DNA of 32,000 nucleotides, taken from assembly GCF_000011805.1 (NCBI RefSeq), contig NC_006840.2. One strand, 5' to 3'. Under the pieces are notes generated by a model that ran no database searches, was not told the origin of the DNA, and saw only the letters and a list, made by a program, of their open reading frames with translations. Positions 20,231 to 27,014 of the stretch are shown here, one piece after another; position 1 is the stretch's first letter, and every line of letters begins with the position of its first letter. The DNA is from Aliivibrio fischeri ES114 (GTDB lineage: Bacteria; Pseudomonadota; Gammaproteobacteria; Enterobacterales; Vibrionaceae). A program made the translations under genes and the position numbers.

Positions 20231-20478
20231 AACTTTAAAGCGGTATCCTGTAAAAATATATCGGGATGATAAATGATTATATCGGCAATTTCTTTATGAA
20301 CTTGAGATGTATCAACACATTCCTTAATGATTTGAAGGACATCTTAGTCGAAACACACAATAAAAAAAATGCTCTTGCTTAAGAAGTATGCAAGAACTTA
20401 CCAAAATATGATACGAAGTTAACTTATGTCATTATAATAACAGCATCGATTTCACTTATTCGTTATTCAGAGAGTCCA

Positions 20479-21447
20479 ATGAAAGCAGCGACCTTTACTC
20501 AAGAAACGCATTACCTTGAAACCATGAAAAACCAAGTAGCCCCTTTTTGGGAGAAACGCCAACACGGTTTTTATCAAGGAGAGAAGGAAACACAACTTCA
20601 TTGGGTAAGTTTTACGAGCCCTGCTCACACCAAAGCGATCATGGTTGTTAACGGACGAATTGAAAGTGTCTATAAATACCAAGAGCTATTTTATGATTTA
20701 TTCTGCCAAGGCTATGATATTTATTCTTTCGATCACCGTGGCCAAGGTCTGTCCGATCGCCTAACGGATAATAATGATATTGGTCATATTGAAGACTTTA
20801 ATGATTACGTTCTCGATTTAAATAGCCTAACTCAATCATTAATCACACCTGAGCATTACCAAGACTGCTATCTACTCGGTCATTCAATGGGAGGGGCAAT
20901 TGCAACTCAATACATTGAAACTCACTCTCACCCCTACACCGCTTTAGCATTAAGTGCTCCAATGCATGGTATTCATATGCAACCTTGGCTAAAGCCCATT
21001 GCAAACCCAATTAGTCGCTACTTAAGCTTATGGTCAAAACAGCCTTCTTACGCCTTAGGCCAAGCGCCATATCATGCAAAACCATTTTTAGATAATGCGC
21101 TCACTACTTGTGAAATTCGCTATCAGTGGTTTAGAGAACTCTATGACACCAAACCAGAATTGCAGATCGGTGGTCCAAGCAATCATTGGGTTAATCAGGG
21201 ATTAAAAGGGGCAAAGCTATGTGTTGACCAAGCAGCACAATGCACACTTCCAACCTTATTACTTCAAGGTGAAAAAGACCAAATCGTTGATAATAATGCG
21301 CATGTGAAGTTTCAGAAAAAAGCACCAGATTGCCAATTAATAACCATTTCTGATGCGAAACATGAATTGCTGTTTGAGACGGATGAATGCCGCAACCAAG
21401 CATTAGTTGCTATCATTGATTTTTTCCAGCAACACTCTCACGTGTGA
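20479..21447 (+). CDS. pldB: Lysophospholipase L2 (alpha/beta hydrolase)
   Basis: It has the nucleophile elbow GHSMGG, plus HRGQGLSDR and a C-terminal His (AKHELLFE). It is followed by yigL, as in the E. coli pldB-yigL pair. Confidence 0.85.
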   Translation: MKAATFTQETHYLETMKNQVAPFWEKRQHGFYQGEKETQLHWVSFTSPAHTKAIMVVNGRIESVYKYQELFYDLFCQGYDIYSFDHRGQGLSDRLTDNNDIGHIEDFNDYVLDLNSLTQSLITPEHYQDCYLLGHSMGGAIATQYIETHSHPYTALALSAPMHGIHMQPWLKPIANPISRYLSLWSKQPSYALGQAPYHAKPFLDNALTTCEIRYQWFRELYDTKPELQIGGPSNHWVNQGLKGAKLCVDQAAQCTLPTLLLQGEKDQIVDNNAHVKFQKKAPDCQLITISDAKHELLFETDECRNQALVAIIDFFQQHSHV

Positions 21448-21461
21448 TGCTCTGCTAAAAA

Positions 21462-21508
21462 GTAAAAAGAGGAAAGATAAGAAGTGTAATCTTTACCCTC
21501 TTTTTTAC
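21462..21508 (+). terminator. Probable Rho-independent terminator after pldB
   Basis: The imperfect stem AAAAAGAGGAAAGAT / ATCTTTACCCTCTTTTT ends in a T-run. Confidence 0.6.
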
Positions 21509-21614
21509 TTATAAAGTGACGTAAACTTAGCCTCATTAAACTGAATTCTAATTTTATACTGATGCCGTTTATTGAATGTTCTATTGACTGGCATTGGTAT
21601 TCTCATGAGGCTTT

Positions 21615-22412
21615 ATGATTACCATTGTTGCATCGGATCTTGACGGTACCCTTCTTACTCCAGAGCACAAAGTTGCTGACTTCACGAAAAAAACACTGAA
21701 CAAATTACACCAGCAAAATTTAACCTTTATTTTTGCAACGGGTCGCCATCATATTGATGTTGGTAATATTCGCAGTGATGTGGGTATTCCTGCTTATATG
21801 ATCACATCTAATGGTGCTCGAGTTCATGATGCTGATGATAATTTAATTTACAGCAAAAATGTTCCAGAAACGTTAGTGCCTCAGGTTATCGACCTACTAA
21901 AAAATGATGACCAACTGACAATTCATATGTACTCAGATACGCAATGGTTCATTAATGCTGAAGATGAGAGCTTAAAAGAATTTCATGACAACGGCTTCAC
22001 CTACACGGTATTCGATGTAAATAATCCACCAGTAGACGATATTGCTAAAGTCTTTGTGACCATGCCTGAACACGAGTATTTAGTTCAATATGAAGAACAA
22101 TTAAAAGCACAGTTTGGCGATCAACTTATGGTGGCTTTCTCTACGCCTTGGTGTTTAGAAATCATGGCAGCTGAAGTATCAAAAGGGGCAGCACTAGAGG
22201 CGGTGGCTAAATTACTTGGTAAGACATTAGAAAACTGCATTGCATTTGGTGACGGCATGAATGACTACGAAATGTTAAGCATGGCTGGCAAAGGTATTGT
22301 GATGGGTACATCGCACGAGAAAGTAAAAAAAGCACTACCAAATAATGAAGTAATTGGTTCTTCAGCTGACGAAGCCGTTGCTCATTACCTAGAAAACTTA
22401 TTGCTTAAATAA
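21615..22412 (+). CDS. yigL: Cof-type HAD-IIB sugar-phosphate phosphatase (YigL-like)
   Basis: HAD motif I is ASDLDGTLL and motif IV is GDGMNDYEML. The Cof-type cap length fits. GAGG lies 5 nt before the ATG. Its position after pldB also fits. Confidence 0.85.
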   Translation: MITIVASDLDGTLLTPEHKVADFTKKTLNKLHQQNLTFIFATGRHHIDVGNIRSDVGIPAYMITSNGARVHDADDNLIYSKNVPETLVPQVIDLLKNDDQLTIHMYSDTQWFINAEDESLKEFHDNGFTYTVFDVNNPPVDDIAKVFVTMPEHEYLVQYEEQLKAQFGDQLMVAFSTPWCLEIMAAEVSKGAALEAVAKLLGKTLENCIAFGDGMNDYEMLSMAGKGIVMGTSHEKVKKALPNNEVIGSSADEAVAHYLENLLLK

Positions 22413-22420
22413 GCTTTTTC

Positions 22421-22449
22421 ACTATTTGGCCTACCATAGGCCAAATAGT
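22421..22449. other. Perfect 12-bp stem hairpin immediately after the yigL stop
   Basis: ACTATTTGGCCT (22421-22432) pairs with AGGCCAAATAGT (22438-22449) around a 5-nt loop, ACCAT. No T-run follows. Confidence 0.6.
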
Positions 22450-22485
22450 TGAAAGCATTGTAATTACATTTAAAATCAATAAATT

Positions 22486-22514
22486 AAAAAAACCAGAGAA
22501 TTCTCTGGCTTTTT
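22486..22514. terminator. Bidirectional terminator between convergent yigL and xerC
   Basis: The palindrome CCAGAGAATTCTCTGG (22493-22508) is flanked by an A-run upstream and a T-run downstream. Confidence 0.75.
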
Positions 22515-22532
22515 ATTTGATCCGAATCGAAC

Positions 22533-23444
22533 CTATTTTTTCTTCGCTCTAGGATGCGCTTGATCGTACGCTTGAGCAAGGTGTTGGAAATCTAAATGGG
22601 TATAGATTTGAGTAGTAGAAATATTTTCGTGCCCAAGTAGTTCTTGTACTGCACGTAAATTACCACTGGACTCCAGCATATGTGTCGCAAAAGAGTGACG
22701 CAATTTATGCGGGCTAATGTGACTATTTACCCCTTGCTTTAATCCCCATTCAGCCATGCGTTTTTGTACATTTCGATGAGAAATACGCACACCTAACTTA
22801 GAAACAAACAGTCCTTTTTCTTCTGGTTTTGCCAATTGATTCCGCACTCGTAACCAGTGACCTAACCACTCTTTCGCTTGACCTGAAAATGGCACTTTAC
22901 GCTCTTTATCGCCTTTACCAATAACACGTAATTCGCCTTGACGTAATTGAATATCACGAACATCAATGCTGACCAATTCCGCCAAACGTAAACCGGCACC
23001 ATACATTAATTCCATGATAGCGCGATCACGAATAGACAATGGGTCATCTTCATTTACTTCAAGTAATTGCCCCATCTCATCTACATCAATATTTTTAGGC
23101 AAAGGACGAGATTTACGAGGAGCAGACACCCCTTTAGCAGGATTAGCCGTCAATACATTACGTAAGACTAAAAAATCAAAGAAACTACGTAGAGAAGATA
23201 AACGCGTAGATAAACTGCTCGCTTTTAATCCTTCACGCATTCCTTTACTGGTAACTTGTCTCACCCATCCAGCATCAACGTCTTGCCAAGATTCAACGCC
23301 TAGCTCAACAAGTTGTTCCGCAATGGTCGTCAATTGACGTTTATAATTACGTTGGGTATAGATACTGAGTCCTTTCTCATTGCGCAAGAACTCATAAAAG
23401 GCATCAAGATGCTTTGAAAATTGAACCGGTAAAACATCACTCAT
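22533..23444 (-). CDS. xerC: Tyrosine recombinase XerC (chromosome dimer resolution)
   Basis: The catalytic residues are present: GAGLRLAEL (Arg), HKLRHSFATH (His-x-x-Arg) and LGHENISTTQIYTH (His, Tyr). It sits in the conserved dapF-yigA-xerC context. Its start forms an 8-nt ATGAGTGA overlap with the yigA stop. Confidence 0.93.
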   Translation of the reverse strand: MSDVLPVQFSKHLDAFYEFLRNEKGLSIYTQRNYKRQLTTIAEQLVELGVESWQDVDAGWVRQVTSKGMREGLKASSLSTRLSSLRSFFDFLVLRNVLTANPAKGVSAPRKSRPLPKNIDVDEMGQLLEVNEDDPLSIRDRAIMELMYGAGLRLAELVSIDVRDIQLRQGELRVIGKGDKERKVPFSGQAKEWLGHWLRVRNQLAKPEEKGLFVSKLGVRISHRNVQKRMAEWGLKQGVNSHISPHKLRHSFATHMLESSGNLRAVQELLGHENISTTQIYTHLDFQHLAQAYDQAHPRAKKK

Positions 23445-24141
23445 TATCTAACTTCGACCATTGAGTTAATAAATAATGAAACACACTCACTAATTGCTCT
23501 AAAAACAGTGTGCCCATATTCGGTTGAAAATGTCCGCCATCACGACTAGCAAATGCAATGATACCCATAGGCTTTGATGATGCACCTAAAGGTAAAATAG
23601 CAAAAGAGCCTAAATCAGAACTTGATAAATCCAACCCTCCATACGCAAAAAGGCTATCGCGGTCTGTTTTACGTAATCGCCCTAAATAAGCGGAATGCCC
23701 ATTCAAAAATTTCTTCACAAAATTATCTAGTGCACTTTGCTCGACATGATATTTAGGGTGAGAATGTTCAACAATTTTAATGTGTGCGGTTAAGTTAAGT
23801 TCAATGGCTTTTTTTTCAATAATAGCCACAGCTTGAGAAAAGTTTTCGCTCAATAACAATTGTTTTTGAATACTTGAAAACTCATGAAACAAACAATCAT
23901 TTTGTGCCGCTAACGACATCAATTGCGTAATTTCTTCTTCTAACTCACCAATACGACCACGCAATTTATTAACCTGAACCTCAACTAACGAAACCACCCC
24001 ACGCTCAGGTGTATCCACCTTAATTCGATTCAATAACTCAGGATGTTTTTGAAAGAAATCAGGGTGATCCGTTAAAAACTGAGCCACAATATCTTCTGTT
24101 AGCTCAGTTGGCTCTATGTATTCTTGTTGCTTCTCAATCAT
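23437..24141 (-). CDS. yigA: DUF484 family protein (YigA-like), function unknown
   Basis: Position between dapF and xerC, size (about 234 aa) and a GAF-like C-terminal region fit YigA/DUF484. The track start at 24213 lies inside dapF. The ATG at 24141 forms an ATGA overlap with the dapF stop and gives the N-terminus MIEKQQEY.., so I use it. Confidence 0.8.
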   Translation of the reverse strand: MIEKQQEYIEPTELTEDIVAQFLTDHPDFFQKHPELLNRIKVDTPERGVVSLVEVQVNKLRGRIGELEEEITQLMSLAAQNDCLFHEFSSIQKQLLLSENFSQAVAIIEKKAIELNLTAHIKIVEHSHPKYHVEQSALDNFVKKFLNGHSAYLGRLRKTDRDSLFAYGGLDLSSSDLGSFAILPLGASSKPMGIIAFASRDGGHFQPNMGTLFLEQLVSVFHYLLTQWSKLDNE

Positions 24142-24968
24142 ATTGATAATTGACCATCGTATACGTGTGTTGCAGGGCCTGTCATAAATAATGGTTTTCC
24201 TGGTCCTTGCCATACGATGTGCAAATCACCACCAGGTAAAGACACTTTCACTTCCTCACCCAATAATTCTTGCATAATACCTACAGCAACCGCACCACAA
24301 GCACCGCTACCACAAGCTTGAGTTTCACCAGCACCACGTTCATAAACACGTAATTTCACTTCATTTGGTGAGATGATTTGCATAAAGCCGGCATTTACAC
24401 GCTCAGGAAAGCGTTCATGGCTTTCCACTAACTGCCCATACTTATCAACATCATAAGCATCAACATCATCGACAACGGTCACACAGTGAGGATTTCCCAT
24501 ACTTACTGCGCCACTGAATAAGGTTTTATCATCAACACGCAATAAATACGTTTTTTCAGCTTGCGTTGCTTTAAATGGAATCTTATTTGGCTCAAATACA
24601 GGCTCACCCATGTTCACCGTAATTTGATCATCATCTTCCACTTTTAAAATCATTTTGCCTTTCTTAGTACTGACCGAAATGCTGGTTTTATTGGTTAACC
24701 CTTTCATTCGTACAAATCGAGCGAAACAACGTGCACCATTACCACACTGCTCTACTTCCGAGCCGTCAGCATTAAAAATTCGGTAATGAAAATCCGTTTC
24801 AGGATCATAAGGGGCTTCAACCACCAATAACTGATCAAATCCAATACCACGATGGCGATCAGCCAAACGACGGATCAGGTCTGGAGAAAAGAAAATATTC
24901 TGTGTCAGACAGTCAACAACCATAAAGTCGTTGCCTAGCCCGTGCATTTTAGAAAAATGAAAGTGCAT
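24138..24968 (-). CDS. dapF: Diaminopimelate epimerase
   Basis: The N-terminus is [19 protein letters not shown]. Both catalytic cysteines are present (EQCGNGARC and QACGSGACG). The 16 codons upstream in the track look like a spurious extension. Confidence 0.96.
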   Translation of the reverse strand: MHFHFSKMHGLGNDFMVVDCLTQNIFFSPDLIRRLADRHRGIGFDQLLVVEAPYDPETDFHYRIFNADGSEVEQCGNGARCFARFVRMKGLTNKTSISVSTKKGKMILKVEDDDQITVNMGEPVFEPNKIPFKATQAEKTYLLRVDDKTLFSGAVSMGNPHCVTVVDDVDAYDVDKYGQLVESHERFPERVNAGFMQIISPNEVKLRVYERGAGETQACGSGACGAVAVGIMQELLGEEVKVSLPGGDLHIVWQGPGKPLFMTGPATHVYDGQLSI

Positions 24969-25004
24969 AGTTGTTCTTCTTATGTATGTTTTCTTTCTTG
25001 GCTG

Positions 25005-25038
25005 AAAAAAGAGCAAGCATGCTTAGCATCTTGCTCTT
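25005..25038 (-). terminator. Rho-independent terminator after lysA (minus strand)
   Basis: On the minus strand, the stem AAGAGCAAG / CTTGCTCTT (25009-25017 and 25030-25038) is followed by TTTTTT. That T-run is the A-run at 25005-25010 on the plus strand. Confidence 0.7.
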
Positions 25039-25048
25039 AATAATATTT

Positions 25049-26302
25049 TTAGTTGGGTAAAATCGCTTCCAGTTCCCACAATGAGCTTAGCTCTTCACGC
25101 TTACGAACAAGGTGAACGTCACCACCATCCACCATAATCTCTGCCGCTCGGCAACGTGTATTATAGTTGGATGACATTACAAACCCATAAGCACCTGATG
25201 AGCGAACGGCCAGTAAATCATTCGCTTCTAATACCAATGCTCGATCTTTCCCTAGGAAATCACCGGTTTCGCAAATAGGACCCACAAGATCGTAATTTTG
25301 AGCGTCACCCTCACGAGGTACAACAGGAACAATATCTTGCCACGCTTGATAAAGAGCAGGACGCATTAGATCGTTCATTGCCGCATCAATAATCGCAAAG
25401 TTTTTATGCTCAGTGTGTTTTAAAAACTCAACTTTAGTAACTAGGATACCTGCATTTGCAGCAATAGCACGTCCCGGCTCAAAAATAAGTTCTAAATCTT
25501 GATGTTCCGCTAGTCTGCCTAATAATGCGGTCGCATATTCAGAAGGTTGTGGCGGTAATTCATCTCGATAAACCACACCAAGACCACCACCAACATCAAG
25601 GTGACGAATATTAACGCCTTGTGCTTTTAAATCATCGATTAACGCAAGCAGACGATCCGTTGCATCAATAAACGGTTCAATATCGGTTAATTGAGAGCCG
25701 ATATGACAGTCGATACCTTGAACATCTAAATTTGGCAGGCTTTGAGCAAATTTATACACTTCAGGTGCATGATCAAACGCAATACCAAATTTGTTATCAC
25801 GCAACCCTGTAGAGATATACGGATGAGTTTTTGCATCTACATCTGGATTAATACGTAAAGAAATAGGCGCAATAACCCCCATTTCAGCCGCAACAGCATT
25901 TAGGCGTTCAAGCTCTGGCTCTGATTCAACATTAAAGCATTTAATTTTTAGCTCTAATGCACGACGCATTTCATCAGCCGTTTTACCTACACCAGAAAAA
26001 ACAACCTTAGTTGGATCGCCACCTGCGGCAACAACACGCTCTAATTCACCTTGAGAAACAATATCAAAGCCTGAACCTAGACGAGCAAGTGCATTTAACA
26101 CGCCGATATTTGAGTTCGCTTTTACGGCATAACACACAAGATGAGGGTGATTACCTACAGAGTTATCAAATGCTTTCCAGTGGCGCTCTAGTGTCGCACG
26201 AGAATACACGTATAAAGGTGTGCCGAATTGCTCAGCTAACTGTGTAATAGGCAGTTCTTCAGCCCAAAGTTGTCCATCATCTTTATAATTGAAATAATCC
26301 AA
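25049..26302 (-). CDS. lysA: Diaminopimelate decarboxylase
   Basis: It has the PLP-lysine motif CYAVKANSN and the motifs HIGSQ and CETGD. The conserved N-terminus MDYFNY.. is encoded from a TTG start at 26302, with AAGGAAG 6 nt upstream. The next in-frame ATG is far downstream. Confidence 0.95.
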   Translation of the reverse strand: MDYFNYKDDGQLWAEELPITQLAEQFGTPLYVYSRATLERHWKAFDNSVGNHPHLVCYAVKANSNIGVLNALARLGSGFDIVSQGELERVVAAGGDPTKVVFSGVGKTADEMRRALELKIKCFNVESEPELERLNAVAAEMGVIAPISLRINPDVDAKTHPYISTGLRDNKFGIAFDHAPEVYKFAQSLPNLDVQGIDCHIGSQLTDIEPFIDATDRLLALIDDLKAQGVNIRHLDVGGGLGVVYRDELPPQPSEYATALLGRLAEHQDLELIFEPGRAIAANAGILVTKVEFLKHTEHKNFAIIDAAMNDLMRPALYQAWQDIVPVVPREGDAQNYDLVGPICETGDFLGKDRALVLEANDLLAVRSSGAYGFVMSSNYNTRCRAAEIMVDGGDVHLVRKREELSSLWELEAILPN

Positions 26303-26364
26303 TGTCGTCTTCCTTGTCTAGTTTTCGTTGTTCTGTTTATCGATTTATCCGCGAGAGTTATTGA

Positions 26365-26484
26365 CTACTCTGCCGCTTCTGTTTGTGGTGCTTCATCTGC
26401 AGGCATGTACAACGGACCAGTTTGGCCACAACCAGCTAAAGTAAGAAGGCTTAATAGCATTAATGCCATCACTCTTTTGTGCAT
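26365..26484 (-). CDS. lptM: Small outer-membrane lipoprotein LptM (YifL-like), 39 aa
   Basis: It is not in the ORF track because it is shorter than 60 aa. My translation is MHKRVMALMLLSLLTLAGCGQTGPLYMPADEAPQTEAAE*. It has a lipobox (LAGC) followed by the GPLY motif I recognise from E. coli YifL/LptM. It sits between cyaY and the lysA/dapF block, the same neighbourhood as in E. coli. Confidence 0.75.
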   Translation of the reverse strand: MHKRVMALMLLSLLTLAGCGQTGPLYMPADEAPQTEAAE

Positions 26485-26565
26485 AAGATTTTACCATTAG
26501 TGTTAATATCTACTGATGCTCTCTATAATCGCACCACAGCCAAGAAAAGCAATAGGATAAACAAG

Positions 26566-26880
26566 ATGAATAACACTGAATTTCACGAACTAGTCGATGA
26601 AAAACTGCAATTAATCGAAGATATGATTGATGATTCGGGTGCTGATATTGAACCTGTTATCACAGGAAACGTATTAACGCTGGAATTTGAAAATCGCAGC
26701 CAAATCGTCATTAACAAACAAGAACCAATGCACGAAATTTGGTTAGCTTCAAAATCTGGTGGCTTCCACTTCTCTTATGTTGATGAAAAATGGACATGTT
26801 CTAAAACGGGCATGGAATTTATCGAGATGGTAAAAGAAGAGTGTCAGAAGCACGCTGATGAAGAGATTGAGTGGGCTTAA
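26566..26880 (+). CDS. cyaY: Iron-sulfur cluster assembly protein CyaY (bacterial frataxin)
   Basis: MNNTEFHELVDEKLQLIEDMIDD..IWLASKSGGFHF is CyaY-like. The track start at 26479 overlaps lptM on the other strand. The ATG at 26566 (AGGA 8 nt upstream) gives the expected 104 aa, so I use it. Confidence 0.92.
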   Translation: MNNTEFHELVDEKLQLIEDMIDDSGADIEPVITGNVLTLEFENRSQIVINKQEPMHEIWLASKSGGFHFSYVDEKWTCSKTGMEFIEMVKEECQKHADEEIEWA

Positions 26881-26919
26881 TTAAGACGCCTGCGGCTTAA
26901 GAAGAAAATAAATTTTCTA

Positions 26920-26990
26920 GAGACGGGCTTCGCCCTTGAGAGTAAAGCTCTTCTCCAGAGCTTTGCTCGTCTCAAGGCGAAGCCGCCCTC
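26920..26990. repeat. GC-rich compound imperfect palindrome (REP-like extragenic element) between convergent cyaY and prlC
   Basis: The central perfect stem is AAAGCTCT (26944-26951) / AGAGCTTT (26957-26964). The outer arms are TCAAGG and CGAAGCC blocks that pair with bulges. Each arm also contains its own mini-palindrome (GGGCTTCGCCC). By hand count, 42 of 71 nt are G/C, in an otherwise AT-rich window. Confidence 0.6.
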
Positions 26991-27014
26991 AAGCAGCTTG
27001 CTGCATCTTATCCC

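Noticed and set aside
20362-20395. On the minus strand, a hairpin (TCTTGC / GCAAGA) followed by T8, resembling a terminator upstream of the EAL-HDOD gene
   Set aside because: The stem is only 6 bp, with an 11-nt loop, and there is no upstream minus-strand gene to terminate. It is probably a chance feature of an AT-rich promoter region.
20467-20682. 71-aa minus-strand ORF overlapping the pldB start
   Set aside because: It is antisense to the pldB N-terminus, with no ribosome-binding site and no conserved features.
22966-23337. 123-aa plus-strand ORF antisense to xerC
   Set aside because: It is a shadow ORF within the recombinase gene. It is Ser/Thr/Lys-rich with no domain signature.
22533-23444. 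A tyrosine recombinase as a possible marker of an integrated mobile element
   Set aside because: It sits in the conserved dapF-yigA-xerC operon with XerC-type catalytic motifs. There are no flanking att-like repeats and no phage or island cargo.
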